Part shown: piece by piece, positions 1 to 8,984 of the stretch
Layout: every line of letters starts with the position of its first letter
Position numbering within the stretch: the first letter of the stretch is position 1
Source: a virus
Lineage: Duplodnaviria; Caudoviricetes
Direction: 5' to 3' (one strand)
DNA: 60,541 bases
IMG/VR virus record: IMGVR_UViG_3300012920_000041
Span: 1-60,541 of that record
Translations under genes and position numbers: made by a program
Notes under the pieces: model-generated
The model's database searches: none
What the model was told of the DNA's origin: nothing
What the model saw: only the letters and a program-made list of their open reading frames with translations

Positions 1-33
1 ATTAAGCAAACACTTGAAATGCTTTTAGAACTT

Positions 34-65
34 CACAAAGAAAACACGGAAACTAAATGATAATA
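34..65 (+). promoter_or_regulatory. Early promoter-like motif copy (CACAAAGAAAACACG-N10-GATAATA)
   Basis: Matches the motif repeated at 2814, 58601, 58847, 58920, 59115 and 60274 with the same 10-nt spacer; upstream of ORF 91. Confidence 0.65.
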
Positions 66-90
66 TATTAAATAACTTAAATTAAATACT

Positions 91-432
91 ATGACAACAA
101 TTGAAAAATTAGAGCAAATGCTCAACATTACAATTACAGAAGAATATCCTCATGGTTCACCTGATTTAGAAATTGGTGAGTATGATACAGCCGATGCGTA
201 TAGCTTACACGTAATTACAACCGATGGTGGTAACCCGCAATTTGATACTGATGTATTTTATTACGAGCCGGATATAGATACCATTATGGATAGAATAACT
301 GCTCTACCTAAACTTAGTTTGGTATGGGTATCTGATTTGGAACAGTACATGCCTGACCACGCTGTTGAAGATTGGATTAATAATAATGCAGATGAAATAG
401 AAACAAAAGAATTAAATGAAGAAAGAGTCTAA
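91..432 (+). CDS. Hypothetical acidic early protein
   Basis: 113-aa ORF, A-rich leader, downstream of the motif. Confidence 0.7.
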   Translation: MTTIEKLEQMLNITITEEYPHGSPDLEIGEYDTADAYSLHVITTDGGNPQFDTDVFYYEPDIDTIMDRITALPKLSLVWVSDLEQYMPDHAVEDWINNNADEIETKELNEERV

Positions 433-553
433 AACTGAATTAATATGGGATGTGTATGACTATTATATGCATCCTATATTAGGTTATAAATGGAAACAGC
501 CAGCTATTAATTCTCATAAAAGATTAAAACATAATGAATATAACAATTATTAA
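416..553 (+). CDS. Hypothetical small protein (45 aa, not in ORF track)
   Basis: ATG 416 to TAA 553, MKKESKTELIWDVYDYYMHPILG...; fills the gap and overlaps both neighbours. Confidence 0.5.
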   Translation: MKKESKTELIWDVYDYYMHPILGYKWKQPAINSHKRLKHNEYNNY

Positions 554-1037
554 AGATTCTGTTCAATATTATTGTAATATTTTTTTAGATACTAAAAGTC
601 GTAGAACTGAATATGTTTATGCTAGATGTATTTATTATAAACTATGCAAAGAATTTACAACCGCTTCCTTACATAAAATAGGTAATGAGGTTAATAGAAA
701 TCATGCTACAGTTATTCATGGCCTAAAAGTATTCGATAATGTTATTGATAACCCGTCTAATTATGAATATATTAAAGAATATTTTCACATTTATGACGAT
801 TTAAAAAAACATATAAAAAATAAAATATCTTTAGAAATAAAAAAACGAGACCCTAATAATTATTATAAAGAAAAATATAGAATTAAATTATTACAAAATA
901 AAAATCTATATAATTTTACAAAAGATATTATTTTAAAATTAGAACAAATGGATTTTAAATATTCTAATATTTTAAAAGATAAACTTAATTTAATTGCTAA
1001 TGACAAAAGATATAAATATAAAAGAGAGAGCAAATAA
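534..1037 (+). CDS. DnaA C-terminal (domain IV)-like HTH DNA-binding protein
   Basis: RRTEYVYARCIYYKLCKEFTTASLHKIGNEVNRNHATVIHG resembles the DnaA domain IV pattern (AR..AMYL...T..SL..IG..F.RDHTTV.H); no AAA+ domain. Confidence 0.7.
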   Translation: MNITIIKDSVQYYCNIFLDTKSRRTEYVYARCIYYKLCKEFTTASLHKIGNEVNRNHATVIHGLKVFDNVIDNPSNYEYIKEYFHIYDDLKKHIKNKISLEIKKRDPNNYYKEKYRIKLLQNKNLYNFTKDIILKLEQMDFKYSNILKDKLNLIANDKRYKYKRESK

Positions 1038-1233
1038 TAAAATTTGGAGTAAAATAGTCATGGCTAATATTCATTTAGATGATTTAAAAAAAGAGTTTAA
1101 AGAAAAAAGCTATAGCCCATTAATAGAAGAGGAACAAATGCAAAGTTTAATTGATGGACAAAGAACTGAGCTTAAAGTTTTAAATTATATATATAAATTA
1201 ATTGAATTAGATAATGATGATAGACCTGTTTAA
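994..1233 (+). CDS. Hypothetical protein
   Basis: ORF overlapping neighbours in a packed operon. Confidence 0.55.
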   Translation: MLMTKDINIKERANNKIWSKIVMANIHLDDLKKEFKEKSYSPLIEEEQMQSLIDGQRTELKVLNYIYKLIELDNDDRPV

Positions 1234-1420
1234 TATATTTTATAATAAAAAAGAAAAGCATAAAAAATTTTTAATAGATAATATATTATTATTGCATCAA
1301 GAAATTTTAGAAGATGTATTAAGTTATAATAGAACAGGTATATTACCTATAAAAAATTTAAAACATAAAGCTAGTTTAGTTTATAAATATTCTAGACGTT
1401 TACGGCTAATTGATATGTAA
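1214..1420 (+). CDS. Hypothetical protein
   Basis: ORF overlapping the upstream gene in a packed operon. Confidence 0.55.
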   Translation: MMIDLFNIFYNKKEKHKKFLIDNILLLHQEILEDVLSYNRTGILPIKNLKHKASLVYKYSRRLRLIDM

Positions 1421-1421
1421 A

Positions 1422-1466
1422 GCGACGATAGCTTATTAAAATATAATAATAACACCCAAGTGTCAC
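1422..1466. repeat. 45-bp element with G(C/T)GAC...GTCAC ends and AT-rich core, copy 1
   Basis: 33/45 ungapped identity (hand count) to the reverse complement of 58359-58403; overlaps the GTG start of ORF 1460. Confidence 0.7.
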
Positions 1467-2080
1467 ACCGGAAAATGCAATATTTAAATCGCAACCGAAT
1501 CATTTATAGAAGAAACCCGATAAACGATAAGCCTACCGCGTCATTTGATTGGGGTTCATTTTATAAAAATGGAACTTATGAATACTATAGTTTATTTTTT
1601 AGTGACGCAAAAATTAATACAATTAAATCATTATTATGGCATTTATATGTTTTATTATATTTAAACCCTAATTTAAACAAACAAAAATTTAAAGAGTTAG
1701 TTAAGTATATTACAAACAAATCAAATAATTTTATTACTTTTACTTTATCTAATGAAAAAATTAATAGTATTATAGAAGATACTTTAAAATTAAATTTAGA
1801 TAAGCCACCTAAAAATAAGCTAAGAAAGATTATTTTTAATGACTATAGCCTGCTAAGTAAGCATGAAAAACTTAAGATAGTAGGTCAAATGATAGGGCGA
1901 CAAAAACTATCATTAGATAAAATATATGATGCAATGTTATTAATTAATAGTGTAAATAATAAAATTACTATTAAAAGCTTAGCATCTTATTTCAGCTGTT
2001 CAACGCGGACTATACATAGAAATATAAATAGTCAGCTAAGAGCAGAGATTAAAAAACTAAATGAAAAAATACAATGTTAA
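1460..2080 (+). CDS. HTH DNA-binding protein, possible replication initiator (PriCT-like region plus C-terminal HTH)
   Basis: C-terminal ITIKSLASYFSCSTRTIHRN is a clear HTH; central N..F.....L..EKI.SII resembles PriCT; initiator role is inference. Confidence 0.55.
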   Translation: MSHRKMQYLNRNRIIYRRNPINDKPTASFDWGSFYKNGTYEYYSLFFSDAKINTIKSLLWHLYVLLYLNPNLNKQKFKELVKYITNKSNNFITFTLSNEKINSIIEDTLKLNLDKPPKNKLRKIIFNDYSLLSKHEKLKIVGQMIGRQKLSLDKIYDAMLLINSVNNKITIKSLASYFSCSTRTIHRNINSQLRAEIKKLNEKIQC

Positions 2081-2810
2081 AAACTATATTAGATATAAGA
2101 CAGATTTACGAGACTCAATGCCAAAGCAAAAAGAGTTTGAAGACTATACTCGTGATGAACTTATTATTAAGTTTTTACCACTTGTAGAAAACATTGCACA
2201 TAAATTTTCAACTATGCAGCAAGCATCTGGCGTATTAGACATTACTGATTTAATCCAAGAAGGAGCAAAAGGTTTAACGATTGCTGTAGATAAAATTGAA
2301 TGGATAACTATTAAAACAAGTGATGACTCAGAAAAAACTTTAAAATCTTTTTTAAGTAAAAGAATTAAGGGAGCAATAAGAAGAGCTATTGATATTGCAC
2401 GTGGACATATTAGAATACCAGAGCATAAATTAAATGAAATGCGACAAAATCCTGAGAACACTAAAATGGTAGAAATGTTTTTTAATAGTATATTTTTAAG
2501 TATCGACGAGCAAGTTGAAAATGAAAATAATAATTTTGATACTATACCTGATCAGTCTGAACCATATAATATTGAATTATTAAATTTATATTTAAAAGGA
2601 TTATTAAAAAAGCATTTAAATAAAAAAGAATACGAAGTTTTAAGATTATCATATGGCTTAGATTGTAATAAACATACTGCAAATCAAATTGCTGCAATAA
2701 TGAATATTGAAGGACCAAGTGCATATGTTCGTATAAGTGAAATAAAAAAGAATGCTGTAAACAAGCTTATAAATAATGTTAGCCACTCTCAAGTATTAGA
2801 TTATCTTTAG
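2061..2810 (+). CDS. RNA polymerase sigma70-family factor
   Basis: Region 2 FLPLVENIAHKF...DLIQEGAKGL..AVDK...RIKGAIRRAID...IRIP; region 4 EYEVLRLSYGL...TANQIA...RISEIKKNAVNKL. Confidence 0.92.
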   Translation: MKKYNVKNYIRYKTDLRDSMPKQKEFEDYTRDELIIKFLPLVENIAHKFSTMQQASGVLDITDLIQEGAKGLTIAVDKIEWITIKTSDDSEKTLKSFLSKRIKGAIRRAIDIARGHIRIPEHKLNEMRQNPENTKMVEMFFNSIFLSIDEQVENENNNFDTIPDQSEPYNIELLNLYLKGLLKKHLNKKEYEVLRLSYGLDCNKHTANQIAAIMNIEGPSAYVRISEIKKNAVNKLINNVSHSQVLDYL

Positions 2811-2813
2811 CTA

Positions 2814-2845
2814 CGCAAAATAAATACGTTTGTAAATAGATATTA
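2814..2845 (+). promoter_or_regulatory. Early promoter-like motif copy (CGCAAAATAAATACG-N10-GATATTA)
   Basis: Variant of the repeated motif, intergenic, upstream of the recombination/replication operon. Confidence 0.65.
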
Positions 2846-2868
2846 AATTAAACCTTAAACCCGTAATT

Positions 2869-3333
2869 ATGAAAACAACTATCAACCAAAAATTAAAAAC
2901 AATTCAAGCCGAATTTAAATCAAAAAAAAATAGATTTAATAAATTTGGTAATTACCATTATCGTTCAGCAGAAGACATACTAGAAGGATTAAAACCTTTT
3001 TTAACTAGTCAAAATGTTAATGTTACAATAAATGAAGAATTAATTAGTTCAGATCCTCCTGTAATAAAATCAACCGCAACAATTTGCGATGATGAAAATA
3101 AATCACTAAGTGCAACCGCTATTGTTGGAATAGATTTAACTTCTAAAGGTCAACAAATGCCTCAACGATACGGCGCAGCCTCCTCTTATGCAAAAAAATA
3201 TGCTTTAGGTAATTTATTATTAATAGATGATACGCAAGATAGCGATGCTACGAATAAACACCCTGAGCCTCCAAAAAAAATAAATCATCAGAAGGTTAAT
3301 AATATTGAAATAGACGATCTAATTACACTTTAA
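2869..3333 (+). CDS. ERF-family ssDNA annealing protein
   Basis: YRSAEDILEGLKP and GAASSYAKKYAL..LLLIDD..D.D ERF signature. Confidence 0.88.
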   Translation: MKTTINQKLKTIQAEFKSKKNRFNKFGNYHYRSAEDILEGLKPFLTSQNVNVTINEELISSDPPVIKSTATICDDENKSLSATAIVGIDLTSKGQQMPQRYGAASSYAKKYALGNLLLIDDTQDSDATNKHPEPPKKINHQKVNNIEIDDLITL

Positions 3334-4067
3334 TGAACTCAAAAGAAATAATAGAAAAGCTTGAAGACGACAAACATTACTACGGTAAATTTGGCCGTCA
3401 ATTTTTAAGTAACTCTGATATAAATACTTTAATTAAAGGCAGACCTGAAGATTTATATAAACCAAAAGAAAAAACTTCGGCTATGCTTATTGGTGGTTAT
3501 TTTCATACAGTTATTTTAGAACCTGAAAAAGTAAAATCATTTAAGATTATTGAAAGCACAACTCGTAATACAAAAAAATATAAAGAAATATCAGGTGGTG
3601 AAATGTGTTTGTTACAACACGAAGCTGATCAAGCAAATTTATTAACAGAAAAAATATTAAAAAATAAATATTGTGAGTCTATGATATTTGGTAGCGCTAA
3701 ACAACATGAAGTACCTGGCATTAAATCTATTGAAGGAAATATATGGAAAGCTAAAGCTGATATTATAAACCACGACGATAAATTTATAGTTGATTTAAAA
3801 ACTACGCAAGACATAGAAAATTTTAAATACAGCGCAAATAAATTTAATTACGATAGCCAAGCATATTTATATCAACAAATATTTGGTTATGAAATGATAT
3901 TTATTGTAATAGATAAAAATACACAAAGAATAAAAGTATTTGATTGTTCAGAATCTTTTTTACAACGGGGATATGATAAAGTTATGAGAGCAACAGAAGT
4001 GTTTAATTTATTTCATAAAACTTTAGACTTTGACCCAAATCAATATTTTATAAACGATACACTTTAA
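3333..4067 (+). CDS. PD-(D/E)XK exonuclease, RecE/exonuclease VIII-like
   Basis: G..FH..ILEP, KAKADII, IVDLKTT, YDSQAYLY motifs; adjacent to ERF. Confidence 0.85.
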   Translation: MNSKEIIEKLEDDKHYYGKFGRQFLSNSDINTLIKGRPEDLYKPKEKTSAMLIGGYFHTVILEPEKVKSFKIIESTTRNTKKYKEISGGEMCLLQHEADQANLLTEKILKNKYCESMIFGSAKQHEVPGIKSIEGNIWKAKADIINHDDKFIVDLKTTQDIENFKYSANKFNYDSQAYLYQQIFGYEMIFIVIDKNTQRIKVFDCSESFLQRGYDKVMRATEVFNLFHKTLDFDPNQYFINDTL

Positions 4068-4083
4068 TTTAAATTTAACCATT

Positions 4084-4392
4084 ATGGCAAGCATAATAAA
4101 TGGAAGCATTGACTTAACAAAAATACCTAAAGAAAAAATCATTATAGGTAAAAAAGGTAAGTATTTACCTATTTCAATTACTATTAACGACGAACAAGAT
4201 CAATTTGATCAAGACGGCCCTATAATAGTACAACAGTCTAAAGAAGAAAGAGATAGTAAACAAGCTAAAATTTTTTTAGGAAATGTAAATGTTGTTTGGA
4301 GCAACGGGCAAAATGTTGAAGCAAAAATAAAAACAAACGGTACAGAACCTCAAATTAAAGATCAAGAGCCTGAAGACGATTTACCATTTTAA
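4084..4392 (+). CDS. Putative single-stranded DNA-binding protein
   Basis: Small beta-rich protein with acidic EDDLPF C-terminus, between recombinase and helicase genes. Confidence 0.7.
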   Translation: MASIINGSIDLTKIPKEKIIIGKKGKYLPISITINDEQDQFDQDGPIIVQQSKEERDSKQAKIFLGNVNVVWSNGQNVEAKIKTNGTEPQIKDQEPEDDLPF

Positions 4393-4396
4393 ATAA

Positions 4397-6112
4397 ATGA
4401 AAATTAATACTCAAGAGATTAATGGTTTTGAAATAGAAACTTTTAATCAATATAAACTTGAAGAAGGAAAAGCGCAGGGGATATGTCCTCTGTGCTCACA
4501 CGAAAGAAAAGGTGCTAAGCAAAAACTTAAATGTGCTTCTTATGATTGGGAGCGCGGCTTAGGCACTTGTCACAATTGTAACAGCACTTTTCAATTACAT
4601 ACATATATGCGTAAGGGTAAAGTTGAAAAAGAATATATCCGACCTAAAGCTGTTATTCATAATAAAATAAAAAGCACTAAGATTGAACAATGGTTTCAAT
4701 CAAGAGGTATATCTATTAAAACGATAAATGATTTTAAAATATCAGAAGATATAGAATATATGCCTCAAATAAATAAGAAAACTAATATTATAAAATTTAA
4801 TTATTATATAGGTAATGAATTAATAAACATTAAATATAGAGATGCTAGAAAAAATTTTAAACTTTATAAAGGAGCCGAAAAGATTTTTTATAATATTAAC
4901 AGTATTATTGGGTATAACGAGTGTGCTATTGTGGAGGGGGAGATGGATGCTTTATCTTTTCACGAAGCTGGTTATCCTAATGTAGTTTCTGTTCCTAATG
5001 GTGCAACTATTAATAATAATAATCTTGATTATCTTGATAATTGTATAGATTATTTTGAAGATAAAGAAAAAATAATATTAGCTACAGACACAGATGAAGC
5101 AGGTCTTAACTTACAACAAGAATTAATTCGAAGATTAGGTGCTGAAAAATGTTTTATTATTGATTTTAAAGATTGTAAAGACGCTAATGAATATTTATTA
5201 AAATATGGCAAAGAAAACCTTATCAGCTGCATTTCAGAGGCAGCACCCGTCCCTTTGGAAAATGTTACAACATTTAAAGATGTTGAAGATGAAATTAAAG
5301 ACTTTGTACAAAACGGTTTTAAACCCGGTTATCAAGTGGGTTTACCTAATTTTGATCAAATTTTTTCAACTTATACCGGACAGTTTATTACTGTTACTGG
5401 CATACCTTCTTCTGGGAAGTCTGATTTTGTGGATCAGATGGTCATCGGTTATAACCTAAAATATAACTGGAAAATTGCTTTTGCATCTCCAGAAAATCAA
5501 CCAACTTATTTACATGCGCATAAACTTATGCGAAAAGTTTGGCAAGATATGCCAACGCTTTCTCATACTCATAAATGGCAAAAAGTTAGTGAACATATTA
5601 ATGATAATTTTTATTTTATTGATATGGAAAGATATACTCTTGAATCTGTATTAAAAAAAGGTTCTGAGCTAGTTAAGCGTAAAGGAATTAAATGTTTAGT
5701 TATAGATCCTTATAATAAAATAAGAGACGTTAATTTTAATTCAGATGATGTAAACCGCTATACTATGGAATATTTAACAAAAATAGAAGTGTTTGCAAAA
5801 AAATTTGATGTATTAGTTATTATAGTTGCTCATCCAACAAAAATGTATAGAGATAAAGATGGTAATATAGAAGAGCCTACTATGTATAATATTAAAGGTG
5901 GAGGCGAATGGTATGATGCAAGTTATCATGGCCTTTTGGTGCATAGAAATTATGAAGAAAAAACTGTTAAAGTGAAAGTATTAAAAGTTAAATTTCAAAA
6001 TTTAGGTGAAAATGGAGCAGAGGCGCATTTTACTTGGAAACCAAAATCCGGCTGTTTTATACCGCATTATATAGAAACTAATAATGAATCAATGCCATGG
6101 GAAGTGGATTAA
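4397..6112 (+). CDS. T7 gp4/Twinkle-like DNA primase-helicase
   Basis: Zn finger CPLC...CHNC, TOPRIM VEGEMDALS and DTDEAG, Walker A GIPSSGKS, VIDPY, AHP. Confidence 0.95.
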   Translation: MKINTQEINGFEIETFNQYKLEEGKAQGICPLCSHERKGAKQKLKCASYDWERGLGTCHNCNSTFQLHTYMRKGKVEKEYIRPKAVIHNKIKSTKIEQWFQSRGISIKTINDFKISEDIEYMPQINKKTNIIKFNYYIGNELINIKYRDARKNFKLYKGAEKIFYNINSIIGYNECAIVEGEMDALSFHEAGYPNVVSVPNGATINNNNLDYLDNCIDYFEDKEKIILATDTDEAGLNLQQELIRRLGAEKCFIIDFKDCKDANEYLLKYGKENLISCISEAAPVPLENVTTFKDVEDEIKDFVQNGFKPGYQVGLPNFDQIFSTYTGQFITVTGIPSSGKSDFVDQMVIGYNLKYNWKIAFASPENQPTYLHAHKLMRKVWQDMPTLSHTHKWQKVSEHINDNFYFIDMERYTLESVLKKGSELVKRKGIKCLVIDPYNKIRDVNFNSDDVNRYTMEYLTKIEVFAKKFDVLVIIVAHPTKMYRDKDGNIEEPTMYNIKGGGEWYDASYHGLLVHRNYEEKTVKVKVLKVKFQNLGENGAEAHFTWKPKSGCFIPHYIETNNESMPWEVD

Positions 6113-6384
6113 CAAGTAAAAATAAAAAATTAAATTATACTATGCCCAATTATAGCCCAAGCATAGATGAAGTTCAATGGAGAAATTTTTGTATAAAAAA
6201 AAATATTAGAATTTCTCCTAAAGGAATATATAAAGACCCTAATAATTGGTATATTCAAATAAATTTTGGTTTGTATAAAAAAGGTGAAGTTGCACATGTA
6301 TCCCCTAAATCTTATGATCGTAAAAATATATGGCCAGAGTATTTTAAAATATGTAAATATTATTATGATAAATATACAAAATGA
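6097..6384 (+). CDS. Hypothetical protein
   Basis: 95-aa ORF bridging helicase and ThyA-like genes. Confidence 0.6.
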   Translation: MGSGLTSKNKKLNYTMPNYSPSIDEVQWRNFCIKKNIRISPKGIYKDPNNWYIQINFGLYKKGEVAHVSPKSYDRKNIWPEYFKICKYYYDKYTK

Positions 6385-7186
6385 ATATAGAGGCTTATTA
6401 GCTGGAATATTTTATAACGGAAAACCTAAGAATGATAGAACAGGCACAGGAACTAAATCTGTGTTTGGTCGAATAATTAGGCATGATATGGAATTAGGTT
6501 TTCCACTATTAACAACTAAAAAAATTTTTTTTAACCATGCAGTTACGGAATTACTATGGATTCTTCAAGGTCGCACTGATCTTGATTATTTGCACACTCA
6601 TGGCGTTTCTTATTGGGACGCTAATTACAAATCCTCAAATAGAAATGATAATAAGCTTGGCCCTGTTTATGGCCACCAGCTTCGGAACTTTAATGGGATT
6701 GATCAACTTAAAAATGTTCTCATCGCCATTAAAGAAAACCCGAGCTCGCGGCGCATTATGGCAAGCTTTTGGAATCCCTATGATATGGGTGATATGGTGC
6801 TTCCTCCTTGTCATTACAGCTTTCAAATATATATAAATGACAATAAGCTTGATTTATTATGGACTCAACGATCAGTGGATGTTTTTTTGGGTCTTCCTTA
6901 TGATATTGCAATGTATGGGTTATTATTACTTATGTTTGCTAAAGGTAATGGATATAAACCTGGTACACTTATCGCTACCTTGGGTGATTGCCATATTTAT
7001 AATAATCATACAGATCAGGTTCAACAGCAACTACGCCGTAATTTTAGGGAATTACCTAATGTTAGTATTAATAATGGACTTAGTTATGATAAAAAATTAA
7101 AAAAAGTAATCATACCTACACATAATATGATTAATATTGTAAATTATAAGCCTCATCCATATATAAAAGCAAAAATAAATGTATGA
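6365..7186 (+). CDS. thyA: Thymidylate synthase-family enzyme (Asp at the conserved Asn specificity position)
   Basis: DRTGTGT, FPLLTTKK, ELLW, LGPVYGHQ, SRR, LPPCH, QRSVDVFLGLPYD, HIY; likely start ATG 6365 (the track extends it to 6266). Confidence 0.9.
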   Translation: MINIQNEYRGLLAGIFYNGKPKNDRTGTGTKSVFGRIIRHDMELGFPLLTTKKIFFNHAVTELLWILQGRTDLDYLHTHGVSYWDANYKSSNRNDNKLGPVYGHQLRNFNGIDQLKNVLIAIKENPSSRRIMASFWNPYDMGDMVLPPCHYSFQIYINDNKLDLLWTQRSVDVFLGLPYDIAMYGLLLLMFAKGNGYKPGTLIATLGDCHIYNNHTDQVQQQLRRNFRELPNVSINNGLSYDKKLKKVIIPTHNMINIVNYKPHPYIKAKINV

Positions 7187-7944
7187 CTGTATATTATCTT
7201 TATCATATCCCCGGTAAAAAAATAGGCGTAACACGTGATTTAAATAATAGGGTTACGCTAATGCAGGGCTATAAGTCTAGTGAGTATGAAGTTCTTGCTT
7301 CTTCTGAAGATATTAATTATATATCTTCAAAGGAAATAGAACTTCAAAAGTCTTATGGATATAAAATTGATCGACAAAGTTATACTAATTTAACTAAATC
7401 AAATAAAATGAAAATAAATGTTACAGAGCAAACAACAACCTTTCCTGTCCCTCGTGCTGAATTAGCGGATTGGCTCGCGGATAATAAAAATTTAAGTTGG
7501 TCTACAGAGCATGGCGAATTCAGTATCGCTGAAGAATCTTCAAGATCTTGGGTACTAGCTAATGCTAAAAAATCTATGTATAACGATAAAAGAACTTTTA
7601 TTTATAATAAGGCTTACGCTGAAAATATTTTAAATAATCCGCAACTTGAAATAAATTTTGATACTATTAGAGAATGGGCTAACGAACGTGGCATAATTAA
7701 AAACGGAAATGCTAATATTCAATATATTAAATTAATGGAAGAGGCAGGTGAATTAGCAGAAGCTTTATTAAAAAAAGATAAAGCAGAAATAAAAGATGCT
7801 ATAGGTGATATGGTTGTTGTTTTAACTAATCTTGCTTCATTAAATGACTTTAATATAGAAGAATGTATTAATAGTGCTTATAATGAAATAGCTAATAGAA
7901 CAGGTAAAATGATTAATGGAACTTTTGTAAAAGATACATTATGA
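7183..7944 (+). CDS. MazG-like nucleotide pyrophosphohydrolase with N-terminal GIY-YIG-like region
   Basis: C-terminal LMEEAGELAEAL...IKDAIGDMVVVL MazG motif; N-terminal YYLYH...KIGVT..LNNR. Confidence 0.8.
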   Translation: MTVYYLYHIPGKKIGVTRDLNNRVTLMQGYKSSEYEVLASSEDINYISSKEIELQKSYGYKIDRQSYTNLTKSNKMKINVTEQTTTFPVPRAELADWLADNKNLSWSTEHGEFSIAEESSRSWVLANAKKSMYNDKRTFIYNKAYAENILNNPQLEINFDTIREWANERGIIKNGNANIQYIKLMEEAGELAEALLKKDKAEIKDAIGDMVVVLTNLASLNDFNIEECINSAYNEIANRTGKMINGTFVKDTL

Positions 7945-8168
7945 GAGATTTAATTATTAAAAATGTTATTGAAAAAATTAAAAAGCGTTCCGACGTTGGT
8001 TTTAAAAAATATGGTGTTACATTAAAAGATGATGACCAACCGCTTGATGTTTGGTTACAACATATTCAAGAAGAATTAATGGACGCAGTTAATTATATTG
8101 AAAAAGCACGTTATGCACTTCGTGAAGAAATAGAAGAGTGTTATATTAATGATGCGAAAGAGGATTAG
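7941..8168 (+). CDS. Small helical protein, possible all-alpha NTP-pyrophosphatase-like
   Basis: RS.VG.KKYG.TL...WLQHIQEELMDAVNY; EE..D acidic helix. Confidence 0.5.
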   Translation: MRDLIIKNVIEKIKKRSDVGFKKYGVTLKDDDQPLDVWLQHIQEELMDAVNYIEKARYALREEIEECYINDAKED

Positions 8169-8598
8169 AAAACGTGGTCCAGTTCAAGCTAAAAAAATAA
8201 TTTATGATGGAATTAAATTTGCATCTGGATTAGAAAAATATATGTATATAGCTTTAAAAAAAGCTAAAGTTAGATTTAAATATGAAGGTGAAACATTTGT
8301 TTTATTAAATGGTTTTCATTTTGATAATCAAGTATTTGAAAGACAATCTAATAGCAAAGGAGAATATATTAATAGAGGGCAAAAAAGAATTTTACCTATA
8401 AAATATACACCAGACTTTATTGGAAATGATTTTATAATTGAAACCAAAGGAAGACCTAATGAATCTTTTCCAATTCGATGGAAATTATTTAAAAAATTAG
8501 TTACTCAACAGTTTCCGAATTATACTTTATATAAGCCTCAAAATCAAAAAGAATGCGATATAACTATAAAATTGATCCTAGACAGGCAAAAAAAATAG
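8149..8598 (+). CDS. T7 endonuclease I-like Holliday junction resolvase
   Basis: FASGLE, YE, YTPDF, IETKG motifs. Confidence 0.85.
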   Translation: MMRKRIRKRGPVQAKKIIYDGIKFASGLEKYMYIALKKAKVRFKYEGETFVLLNGFHFDNQVFERQSNSKGEYINRGQKRILPIKYTPDFIGNDFIIETKGRPNESFPIRWKLFKKLVTQQFPNYTLYKPQNQKECDITIKLILDRQKK

Positions 8599-8726
8599 CG
8601 CGCATTAAATACGCAGAAAGACAAATTGAAAAATATATTAAATGGACAATAAAAAATAGAGGAAAATTAATATATAAAGAATTAATAGAATTACATAATA
8701 AATATAATATTTATTGTTATGGCTAG
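8553..8726 (+). CDS. Hypothetical small protein (57 aa, not in ORF track)
   Basis: ATG 8553 to TAG 8726 fills the gap; start uncertain. Confidence 0.4.
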   Translation: MRYNYKIDPRQAKKIARIKYAERQIEKYIKWTIKNRGKLIYKELIELHNKYNIYCYG

Positions 8727-8853
8727 ATTAATTGTAAGAAATAAAATAATAAGACCAAAAATAAAAAGACCAGGAATCCATGCAAAATCGAAATCATCTA
8801 AACTTAAAACGAGCAAAAATTATGTCAAAAAATACAACAGACAAGGAAGATAA
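8719..8853 (+). CDS. Small highly basic protein (44 aa, not in ORF track)
   Basis: MARLIVRNKIIRPKIKRPGIHAKSKSSKLKTSKNYVKKYNRQGR, ATG 8719 to TAA 8853. Confidence 0.6.
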   Translation: MARLIVRNKIIRPKIKRPGIHAKSKSSKLKTSKNYVKKYNRQGR

Positions 8854-8983
8854 GGGATGGGAACTTTCAATAGGATTTTACCCTGGAATTCTTTTTGGAG
8901 CACGGACCTACTATAACACAGGCTATAATGAGCATGTAATATATTTCCCCTTTATAGACGTTGCACTAATAATAGATAATTAA
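8822..8983 (+). CDS. Hypothetical protein
   Basis: 3' part of track ORF 8780-8983; likely start ATG 8822. Confidence 0.55.
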   Translation: MSKNTTDKEDKGWELSIGFYPGILFGARTYYNTGYNEHVIYFPFIDVALIIDN

Positions 8984-8984
8984 T

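Noticed and set aside
6266-6364. Extended N-terminus of the ThyA-like ORF
   Set aside because: Overlaps the 6097-6384 gene; ThyA similarity starts near ATG 6365
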